Shown here in pieces: positions 1 to 6,652 of a stretch of DNA of 17,375 bases; position 1 is the first letter of the stretch; the number at the start of each line of letters is the position of its first letter. The DNA is taken from the NCBI GenBank assembly GCA_964587725.1, contig CAZPLO010000022.1, forward strand, positions 2,836 to 20,210, read 5' to 3'. The translations under genes and the position numbers were made by a program. The notes under the pieces are model-generated. The model saw only the letters and a program-made list of their open reading frames with translations, was not told the DNA's origin and made no database searches. This stretch comes from an uncultured archaeon. GTDB lineage: Archaea; Altiarchaeota; Altiarchaeia; IMC4; SCGC-AAA252-I15.

Positions 1-64
1 ATATTTGAAGTGCGTGCCACCGTCAGGTGGCACCCGCTGCGCGTGTGGACGGAGCGAGCCGTCC
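1..64. repeat. Palindromic (REP/MITE-like) repeat, copy 1, possibly truncated by the window edge
   Basis: nt 1-55 are identical to 111-165. Contains the hairpin GTGCCACC-gtca-GGTGGCAC (14-33) and GGACGG-agcgag-CCGTCC (47-64). Confidence 0.8.
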
Positions 65-110
65 CCTCACGGGCCCAGTATATGATAGGTTGCTGGAAGT
101 TATAAGTTAG

Positions 111-225
111 ATATTTGAAGTGCGTGCCACCGTCAGGTGGCACCCGCTGCGCGTGTGGACGGAGCACAGCCGACAGCCTTGCTGTCGGGTGCGCCCGGGA
201 CGTACGTCTCGGTTGCGAGCCGTAC
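111..225. repeat. Palindromic repeat, copy 2, carrying a 51-nt two-hairpin insert
   Basis: 111-165 matches 1-55. The insert at 166-216 has hairpins CCGACAGC-ctt-GCTGTCGG (170-188) and CCGGGAC-gtac-GTCTCGG (195-212). Similarity to copy 1 resumes at GAGCCGT (217-223). Abuts the TAG stop of the adjacent gene (226-228). Confidence 0.8.
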
Positions 226-729
226 CTAAAACACTATTGAGACTATTCCGAGCCAGAGACTGTATTTGAGGAGTTTGGCTGTGAACACGACTGCGGTGAA
301 TTCGAGGGGGTTCATTTTAGATGCGCCGCAGAGGACGGTTATGGGGTCGACGGGGAGGGGTACGGGGAAGGCTAAGGCCACGAAGACGCCGGCCCAGCCG
401 TAGCGGTCCATGAACCGGCGGGCGCGGCCCACCTCCTCCTTGCGGGTGTGGTCGTACACGTATTTGATGCCCATGTAGCCGAGGACGTAGTTGAGGAAGG
501 TGCCTGTGAGCGAACCCAACGCGGCGAACCATACGATGGCTATTTTGTGGACGCCCGACCTCACCAACACCGGGAAAGTCAGCTCCACCGACAGGGGGAG
601 GAATATGGTGGAGCCGAGGAAAGACGAGAACAGGAGGCCCAGGAGACCGTACTGCTGAACCATCAGCTTAAGCCATTCCACGGTGAACTCGCCGTACTCC
701 TGTATAAGCAGGTTAGCCCACTCCAGCAT
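226..729 (-). CDS. DedA/VTT (SNARE-associated, YqaA-like) membrane protein
   Basis: Hydrophobic 167 aa with family-like segments: YGLLGLLFSSFLGSTIFLPLSVE, AALGSLTGTFLNYVLG, RFMDRYG, PLPVDPITVLCG. Confidence 0.88.
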   Translation of the reverse strand: MLEWANLLIQEYGEFTVEWLKLMVQQYGLLGLLFSSFLGSTIFLPLSVELTFPVLVRSGVHKIAIVWFAALGSLTGTFLNYVLGYMGIKYVYDHTRKEEVGRARRFMDRYGWAGVFVALAFPVPLPVDPITVLCGASKMNPLEFTAVVFTAKLLKYSLWLGIVSIVF

Positions 730-756
730 ATAATCTATTACTGTGTTTTATATAAG
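727..756. promoter_or_regulatory. Overlapping divergent archaeal promoters (TATA boxes)
   Basis: Only 27 bp separate the divergent ATGs at 729 and 757. TTTTATATAA (746-755) lies about 20-25 nt upstream of the minus-strand ATG, and CATATAAT (727-734) about 25 nt upstream of the plus-strand ATG. Confidence 0.45.
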
Positions 757-1155
757 ATGTACCGGCGGCTTAAGGTTTTGAAGGGCTGCGTCGACGCGTT
801 TTCGGCTCCGCTGATGAAGGCGTTGGATGGCGCTGGCGTCCGGCCCATCCACCTCACCGTACTGTCGCTGCCCTGCGGGCTGGCTGGCGTTTGGCTCCTT
901 TACATTAGGCCTCTGTGGGGTGCCGCATTGGTTCTCTGCTACTTCACATTGGATTTCGCCGACGGGACTCTGGCGCGGGTCGCCGGCCGGGAAACCGAGT
1001 TCGGTGAAAAACTAGACTTCGCCGTCGACCGGGTGGTTGCTGCGTTCTTCCTCCTCACATACTATTTCAGGACGGGGGACCTGCTGCTCGCCGCTACCGG
1101 GTTGACCGCGGTGGTTGCGGTGAGTCTGGAGGAGGCGGGATTAATAAAAAGATAA
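757..1155 (+). CDS. CDP-alcohol phosphatidyltransferase family protein (short, 132 aa)
   Basis: Signature D-xx-DG-xx-AR-x8-G-xxx-D-xxx-D is present as DFADGTLARVAGRETEFGEKLDFAVD. Start moved to ATG 757 because the 448 start of the ORF track overlaps the DedA gene. Confidence 0.85.
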   Translation: MYRRLKVLKGCVDAFSAPLMKALDGAGVRPIHLTVLSLPCGLAGVWLLYIRPLWGAALVLCYFTLDFADGTLARVAGRETEFGEKLDFAVDRVVAAFFLLTYYFRTGDLLLAATGLTAVVAVSLEEAGLIKR

Positions 1156-1170
1156 AGTAAATATCAAAGC

Positions 1171-1752
1171 ATGGGAGAGCACCTGTATCCGTGGGGAGGG
1201 CGGTTCACGGAAGGCAACCCCGAATCCCCAGTGGCGGTGGTGACGTTGAGCGAAGACATGCAGCTGCCGGTCGACAGGGTGGCGTTGTACGGCAACATGA
1301 AGACCGAGAACCTGGGCGTCGAAAAAGTGGTTGCGAACGTGATTTCAAACCCCAACATAAGGTATGTGATAGTGTGCGGGACTGAGGTGCGGGGCCACCG
1401 CAGCGGCGAATCGCTGGTTAAACTGCATGAAAACGGCGTCGACGCCAACAACCGTGTGGTGGGGGCTAAGAGTGCGATACCCTACATAGAGAACCTGCCT
1501 CCGGAGGCGATACAGCGGTTCCGTGAGCAGGTTGAGTTGGTGGATTTGATTGGTGAAGGCGACGTGGAGAGGGTGATGTCTGCGGTGGAGGAACACGCCG
1601 CCGAAAAACCAGGCCCCTACGGGGAGCCGATGATGGTGGAGGCTGTGGCGAAGGAGAACGTGGTGGAAGTATTCCACACCGACTACGCCTTGCACCGCAG
1701 CGTCGACGTCGACCTGTACGGTGTGGTGTCGCCGATGCCGGAGGTGGGGTAA
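1171..1752 (+). CDS. mtrA: MtrA-like (MtxA-type) soluble corrinoid protein; tetrahydromethanopterin S-methyltransferase subunit A family
   Basis: MtrA motifs: GNPESPVAVVTL, KTENLGVEKVVANVISNPNIRY, CGTEVRGHRSG (His76 corresponds to the cobamide axial ligand), AIPYIENLPPEAIQRF. No C-terminal hydrophobic anchor. Confidence 0.92.
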   Translation: MGEHLYPWGGRFTEGNPESPVAVVTLSEDMQLPVDRVALYGNMKTENLGVEKVVANVISNPNIRYVIVCGTEVRGHRSGESLVKLHENGVDANNRVVGAKSAIPYIENLPPEAIQRFREQVELVDLIGEGDVERVMSAVEEHAAEKPGPYGEPMMVEAVAKENVVEVFHTDYALHRSVDVDLYGVVSPMPEVG

Positions 1753-2685
1753 ATGCATTCGTTCATGAAAGAGCAGGAGGTCGTAGAACTCGACGGCGTT
1801 AAGGTGGGGGGGCAGCCGGGCACGCATCCGACGCTGCTTCTGGGGACCCTGTTCTACGGGAGAGAGTTCAAGACCATGGACTCCACGGCGCTGACGAGGG
1901 CGAAGGAACTGGTTCTGGAGCAGGAGCGGCTCAGCCATGAAACGGGGGTGCCGGGGTTGGTGGATGTGTACGTCAAGGACGTGAAACACCTGGAGAAGGA
2001 AGTCAACCTGGTGTTGGATTCTACGGACCTTCCGTTCAGCATAGACAGCAGCGAACCAGAGACGAGGGCGGCCGCACTGAAGTACCTCGACAAAGTCGGG
2101 GCCTTGGACAGGGTAATCTACAATTCAGTAAACCTCGGCGTCACCGAAGACGAGATAAAAGCCCTTGAGAAACACACTCCCGCGGCGGCGATAGTCCTGG
2201 GGTATAACCCGCGGGACATGAGCGTCGACGGCAGGGCCGAGATTCTTGAAACGGGGGCGGGGATGGTGTGCGCCCCCGACAAGGGATTACTGGATGTTGC
2301 ACGGGACGCCGGAGTAGGCAAGCTTCTGCTGGACACTGGAGCGACTCCGTTCGGGAGCATGAGCGCGGAAACACTCAGGGCCATCCCGGTGTTCAAGAAC
2401 CGCTTCGGCCTGCCGGTGGGCTGCTCTATACACAATACGCTGGAGAGCTGGGGGTGGATGAAGGACTTGAGGAAAAAGGAGGAGCGTGCCTACGAGTGCG
2501 CGGACGCCGCAGCCAACGCGCTGGTGCCGCTGATGTCCGGGGACTTCATAGTATACGGTCCCGTTGCAACAGCCGACATAATCTTCCCGTCGATAGCGTT
2601 CGCGGACAAACTGGTCGCGGAGGGAGCGGCAGACTACTTCGGCGTGGAAATCTCTGAAGAACACCCGTACAATAAGCTGGAGTAA
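1753..2685 (+). CDS. mtrH: MtrH-like (MtxH-type) methyl-pterin:corrinoid methyltransferase
   Basis: N-terminus KEQEVVELDGVKVGGQPGTHPTLLLGTLFY, plus PFSIDSS, RVIYNSVN, GLPVGCSIHN and GDFIVYGPV, all typical of MtrH. Starts immediately after the mtrA stop, with a GGAGGTG RBS. Confidence 0.92.
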   Translation: MHSFMKEQEVVELDGVKVGGQPGTHPTLLLGTLFYGREFKTMDSTALTRAKELVLEQERLSHETGVPGLVDVYVKDVKHLEKEVNLVLDSTDLPFSIDSSEPETRAAALKYLDKVGALDRVIYNSVNLGVTEDEIKALEKHTPAAAIVLGYNPRDMSVDGRAEILETGAGMVCAPDKGLLDVARDAGVGKLLLDTGATPFGSMSAETLRAIPVFKNRFGLPVGCSIHNTLESWGWMKDLRKKEERAYECADAAANALVPLMSGDFIVYGPVATADIIFPSIAFADKLVAEGAADYFGVEISEEHPYNKLE

Positions 2686-2686
2686 G

Positions 2687-3361
2687 TCAGGCGAGGGTGA
2701 ACGAGCGGACCATTTCCTCAACCTCTGTTATGTAGTCGTCGTATGTTGAATCCAACGCCACGTATGTTAGGGTGTAGGAGTCGGTGCCGTCGAGGAGGTA
2801 GTATTGTAGGGCTTTGAGGGTGAACATCCCCTGCCGCATGGTGAAGACGTGGCGGTACCCCGGTAGTCCGTTTATGTTGGCCTCAGACACGTCGACCATC
2901 TCGTAGTCCGTGAACAGCACGGGCATCGCCTCCTCGTAGGCGGCCCGCACATCCTCTATGGGGAGGATGCCGTCGGTGTCGGTGCCTGATGCGACGCCTA
3001 GGTTCTCGTTCAAATTGTCTAACGGCCCGGTGGGCGGCGCATAGACTGTGACTATGGAATTCCCCTGCTTATCCTCAACCCTCCAGGTGTCTGGGTATTT
3101 GATGCTTATGCCCCCGCCGGAGTAGGTGAGGTATCTTACGGGCAGGTTGGTTGAGGCAGTAGTGGTGGAGGTGGTGGAAGTGGTGGTTGTCGTCGGCGGC
3201 TTGTCGCGGTCGCATATCCGGTCGCTGTTCTGGTCCAGGCAACATTCGCCGCCAACCAGGATGTATGGTGGATTGCATTGAGGAGTGGGTGGTTCTTCAG
3301 GGGCATAGCACATGCAGCCACTCACCAGAAGCAATGCCGTTAAAAACACGACCTCACGCAC
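2687..3361 (-). CDS. Putative lipoprotein with Cys-rich motif, Thr-rich linker and PsbP/DcrB-like domain
   Basis: Lipobox-like LLLVSGC, then CNPPYILVGGECCLDQNSDRICDRD, a poly-Thr linker, and ISIKYPDTW...YTLTYVA...EEMVRSFTL typical of the PsbP/Mog1-like fold. GTG start with a GGTGG RBS. Confidence 0.7.
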   Translation of the reverse strand: MREVVFLTALLLVSGCMCYAPEEPPTPQCNPPYILVGGECCLDQNSDRICDRDKPPTTTTTSTTSTTTASTNLPVRYLTYSGGGISIKYPDTWRVEDKQGNSIVTVYAPPTGPLDNLNENLGVASGTDTDGILPIEDVRAAYEEAMPVLFTDYEMVDVSEANINGLPGYRHVFTMRQGMFTLKALQYYLLDGTDSYTLTYVALDSTYDDYITEVEEMVRSFTLA

Positions 3362-3421
3362 GATACCACCGTAATGAATTAAATCTCAGCCTATAAATGT
3401 TGAATGCCAATAGAGTATGCG

Positions 3422-4312
3422 ATGATACCCACCACGGTGATAGGCAGCTACCCTGTGCGGCTCGACGGCACAGAGTATGCGAAGGCCTACTTCGGCGAGG
3501 TCGAAGTCCATGCGGTGGAGGACGCTATCGAACAGGCGGTGGAGAAGCAGGTAGATGCCGGAATCGACATAGTCAGCGACGGCCAGACCCGAGGCAACTT
3601 CGTCAACATCTACGCGAGAAACTTCCGCGGCGTCGTAATACAGGACAGACCCGTGGTATTGGATGAAATGGAGTATATGGGACCTTCGACTGTGGATGAC
3701 CAGATGAGGGCTAGGGAGCTGCTGCCAGACGGCGTCCAGCTGAAGGGCATCATCACCGGTCCCTATACGATGGCGAAGAACAGCGTCGACCGGCACTACG
3801 GCAGCGTCGAAGAGCTGGCGTATGCGTACGCCGACGGCCTGGCTGTGGAGGCTGAGGCGTTGGATGATATAGTGGATTACGTGCAGGTGGATGAGCCGTT
3901 TTTCAGCGTCGACTACCCCGAATACGGGGGGGAGCTGCTGGAGAAGGTTTTAGGTGGGGTGAAGAAGCCGAGGATGCTTCACGTCTGCGGCGACGTCTCC
4001 CACGTATTCGGGAAGTTCACGGAGTTCAACGTGGACGTGTTGGAGCACGAGTTCGCAGCCAATCCCCAGCTGTGGGATACGGTGAAGGAAGTGGACTTCG
4101 ACCAGAAACTCGGTGTAGGGGTGGTCCGGAGCGACCTGAACGACGTCGAATCCGTGGAGGAGATAGAGGCTAGGATGAAAAACGCCGTAGACCACGTCGA
4201 CGCCGATAAACTACTGTTTAATCCAGACTGCGGGCTCCGAAACCTCAGCCCGGACGCGGCATTCAACAAACTGAAAAACATGGTCGCGGCCAGGGACGAC
4301 ATCGGCAGGTAA
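3422..4312 (+). CDS. metE: Core (short) methionine synthase, methylcobalamin:homocysteine methyltransferase, MesA-like; MetE catalytic domain only
   Basis: Motifs TTVIGSYP, QVDAGIDIVSDGQ, KGIITGPYT and VQVDEP, with Zn ligands in HVCG, EHE and NPDCGL. About 300 aa, lacking the N-terminal folate-binding barrel of full MetE. ATG 3422 is preferred (TATAAA at 3392-3397); the alternative start is 3404. Confidence 0.9.
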   Translation: MIPTTVIGSYPVRLDGTEYAKAYFGEVEVHAVEDAIEQAVEKQVDAGIDIVSDGQTRGNFVNIYARNFRGVVIQDRPVVLDEMEYMGPSTVDDQMRARELLPDGVQLKGIITGPYTMAKNSVDRHYGSVEELAYAYADGLAVEAEALDDIVDYVQVDEPFFSVDYPEYGGELLEKVLGGVKKPRMLHVCGDVSHVFGKFTEFNVDVLEHEFAANPQLWDTVKEVDFDQKLGVGVVRSDLNDVESVEEIEARMKNAVDHVDADKLLFNPDCGLRNLSPDAAFNKLKNMVAARDDIGR

Positions 4313-4347
4313 ATTTAAGGGATGGTTCACATGGGGTATTGGTTGGG

Positions 4348-4668
4348 ATGAACACGCACTACTCTGATTTCAAGGAGGATCCGTCCGGCTTCTTCTACAT
4401 CTACTTGGACGGCGCCCGCAGGAACATCGTGGTCGAACACTACGTGAACGTGGTCAAGGACGTGGGGACGAGGCGGCGCACGGTGTCCGGGAAGCTCAAC
4501 AAGGTGTTCAAGGGCAACAACGCCGAAACACTGTACAGGACTATTTTGGGCAACAGCCTGGTGGGGCGGCTCGACCACGCAGCCTACCTCGGCTACGAGC
4601 TGGGGAAGGCGGAGACGGCTTTGAAGAACAACGTCAAATACGAGCAGGACCGCCCCCTCAAGTTTTAA
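4348..4668 (+). CDS. DUF4346 domain protein (stand-alone)
   Basis: Motifs DPSGFFYI, IVVEHY and LDHAAYLGYELGKAETAL...YEQD match DUF4346. ATG 4348 chosen; the ORF track uses TTG 4339. Confidence 0.85.
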   Translation: MNTHYSDFKEDPSGFFYIYLDGARRNIVVEHYVNVVKDVGTRRRTVSGKLNKVFKGNNAETLYRTILGNSLVGRLDHAAYLGYELGKAETALKNNVKYEQDRPLKF

Positions 4669-4720
4669 AATAATTTAAACAAAAATACTAATAATTTATA
4701 AAAAGTTTGAATAGTTTGGA

Positions 4721-6010
4721 ATGGAGTCTACTGAGGAGAAGGCGGCTGCAGCCAGGGACGCGGCACTGAAACTGGCTAAAACCCCTACGGGGGTAAAGGA
4801 CAAGGCGTTGTCGAGGATAGCGGAGATGCTGGAGGAACGCCGCGAGGAGATACTGGACGCGAACGCCCAAGACTGCAGCGAGTCGAAGGACAAGATAAGC
4901 CCGGCCCTGTATAAGAGGCTGGAGCTCGGCGAAGACAAGATAGACAGGATGATAGAGGGCATCGAGGACCTCATCGAACTCGACGACCCCGTCGGAGAAA
5001 CCCTGTATGCGATGGAGCTCGGCAAAAACCTGGAACTCTACAAGGTGACGGTGCCCATAGGCGTGATAGGCGCGATATTCGAGGCCCGCCCAGACGCCCT
5101 CGTCCAGATAAGCACGCTGTGTTTGAAGAGCGGGAACGCCGTCATACTCAAGGGCGGAAGCGAAGCCCGGCACAGCAACAGCATGCTCTACGCCCTCATA
5201 AAAACCGCGTCTGAGGAGGGTGGGATACCTGGGGGGTGGATTCAGCTGGTGGAGACCCGGGAGGAGGTGAAGGAGATGCTCGCGTTGGACGGGTACATAA
5301 GCCTCCTCATACCCCGGGGCAGCGGCGAATTCGTCCGATACATACAGGACAACACCAGGATACCCGTGCTCGGCCACGCCTCCGGCGTCTGCCACGTATA
5401 CGTCGACGGCAAAGCAGACATAAATAAGGCGGTGAGGATAGCGTTCGACGCGAAATGCCAGTACCCCGCAGTATGCAATGCGATGGAGACCCTGCTGGTC
5501 GATGAAAAAATCGCGGGCGAGTTCCTGCCCAGGATATGGGAGGAATACGGGAGAGAGGGGGTATCGGCTAAAGGGGACGAACGGGCGTGCAAGATACTCG
5601 GAGACCTGAAGAAGGCCTGTGAAGTGGATTGGAGCATGGAATACAACGACCTCGTGTTGAACGTGAAAGTAGTCGGCGGCATCAAAGAAGCGGTGGACAG
5701 GATAAACAGGTACGGTTCCGGCCACACCGACGCCATCGTCACCGAAGACAAAAAGGCTGCGCGTTACTTCATAGACACCGTCGACAGCGGCAGCGTCATG
5801 TGGAACGCATCCACGCGGTTCAGCGACGGATACCGCTACGGCCTAGGAGCTGAGGTGGGCATAAGCACCAACAAGATACACGCACGGGGGCCCGTGGGTT
5901 TGGAGGGTCTGGTAATCCACAAGTGGATTCTAGTCGGCGACGGACAGACCGTAGCAGACTACAAAAAGAAGAAATACGCGCATAAGAGACTCAGGAAGAG
6001 GTGGAAGTGA
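4721..6010 (+). CDS. proA: Gamma-glutamyl phosphate reductase (glutamate-5-semialdehyde dehydrogenase)
   Basis: Motifs VPIGVIGAIFEARP, LKSGNAVILKGGSEA, LIPRGS, CNAMETLLV, YGSGHTDAI, NASTRFSDGYRYGLGAEVGIST, HARGPVGL. Confidence 0.97.
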   Translation: MESTEEKAAAARDAALKLAKTPTGVKDKALSRIAEMLEERREEILDANAQDCSESKDKISPALYKRLELGEDKIDRMIEGIEDLIELDDPVGETLYAMELGKNLELYKVTVPIGVIGAIFEARPDALVQISTLCLKSGNAVILKGGSEARHSNSMLYALIKTASEEGGIPGGWIQLVETREEVKEMLALDGYISLLIPRGSGEFVRYIQDNTRIPVLGHASGVCHVYVDGKADINKAVRIAFDAKCQYPAVCNAMETLLVDEKIAGEFLPRIWEEYGREGVSAKGDERACKILGDLKKACEVDWSMEYNDLVLNVKVVGGIKEAVDRINRYGSGHTDAIVTEDKKAARYFIDTVDSGSVMWNASTRFSDGYRYGLGAEVGISTNKIHARGPVGLEGLVIHKWILVGDGQTVADYKKKKYAHKRLRKRWK

Positions 6011-6572
6011 ACTTTTCCCTCATCCGCTGGAGTATGGGCTCCACCAACCCCCGCCTCATGTCGGTGTCGGCGTGTTCCGCGAACACGTTGTCGCCTCTCC
6101 TGCTCATGTCACCGTCCCTGTCGGACAGTATCCTCCGGGCGAAAAGCTCGTTTAACTGCTTCTGCGTCTGAGTCGCATCCTCTTCGGCGTATTCCAGAAC
6201 ATCGGATACCCTGGAGCCGTTGGATTTGGCCCGCGCCACAGCGGAGACGAAGCCGACTCCGAAGCCCCCTATGAAATCCCGGACATCGTCTTTGCTCATG
6301 CGAAGCTCCTCCATCGGATACTCGCCCACGAACTTCACCTTGTGGGTTCCTCCGTGGGGGTAGACCATTTTCGTGAGCATCATCACCGCATCCAGTGTCT
6401 GAGAAGCCTCGCCGACGGTCAACGCAGGCTTGCACGCGTCTGAAAAAGCCTTCGACAGAGACTTCGGAATGTCTTCTCCGGGCTGTAACATCCCCTCGGA
6501 TATGAGCTTCTGTTTGAGAAGGCTGCCGTATTCGTCGGGGGCCTCCTGCGGGCCACCCTTTACCTTCTGCAT
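5991..6572 (-). CDS. Hypothetical protein (193 aa)
   Basis: Fills the gap between genes, ATG start with a T-rich TATA-like box about 24 nt upstream, protein-like composition. No family recognised. Overlaps the proA 3' end by 20 nt. Confidence 0.65.
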   Translation of the reverse strand: MQKVKGGPQEAPDEYGSLLKQKLISEGMLQPGEDIPKSLSKAFSDACKPALTVGEASQTLDAVMMLTKMVYPHGGTHKVKFVGEYPMEELRMSKDDVRDFIGGFGVGFVSAVARAKSNGSRVSDVLEYAEEDATQTQKQLNELFARRILSDRDGDMSRRGDNVFAEHADTDMRRGLVEPILQRMREKFTSTSS

Positions 6573-6596
6573 GATAATATCAGGGGAAACGCGGGT

Positions 6597-6632
6597 AAAA
6601 AAGAAAAAAGGAGCCCCCTTGCGGGAGCCCCT
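6597..6632 (-). terminator. Intrinsic terminator-like hairpin plus U-tract
   Basis: Minus strand reads GGGGCUCCC-GCAA-GGGGGCUCC (9 bp with 2 G-U pairs, GNRA loop) followed by UUUUUUCUUUUUU, about 20 nt after the stop of 6653..8329. Confidence 0.75.
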
Positions 6633-6652
6633 GTTGTGTGGTGGTTGTTGGC

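Noticed and set aside
1-225. CRISPR array
   Set aside because: Only two copies, a repeat of at least 55 nt with several hairpins and a variable internal insert, and no cas genes in the window.
448-756. N-terminal extension of the CDP-alcohol phosphatidyltransferase in the ORF track
   Set aside because: It is antisense to the DedA gene and crosses the AT-rich promoter; family-like sequence begins at ATG 757.
1171-2685. Energy-conserving Mtr complex, i.e. evidence of methanogenesis
   Set aside because: No mtrE/D/C/B/F/G around mtrA/mtrH and the MtrA has no membrane anchor; these two genes alone do not indicate methanogenesis.
3160-3195. GTG/GGT short tandem repeat
   Set aside because: Simply encodes the Thr-rich linker of the lipoprotein.
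4688-5725. Long antisense ORFs (this one; also 8410..9273, 11346..12032, 1345..1989, 15436..16098)
   Set aside because: Shadow frames of well-supported genes in GC-rich coding DNA, with no motifs of their own.
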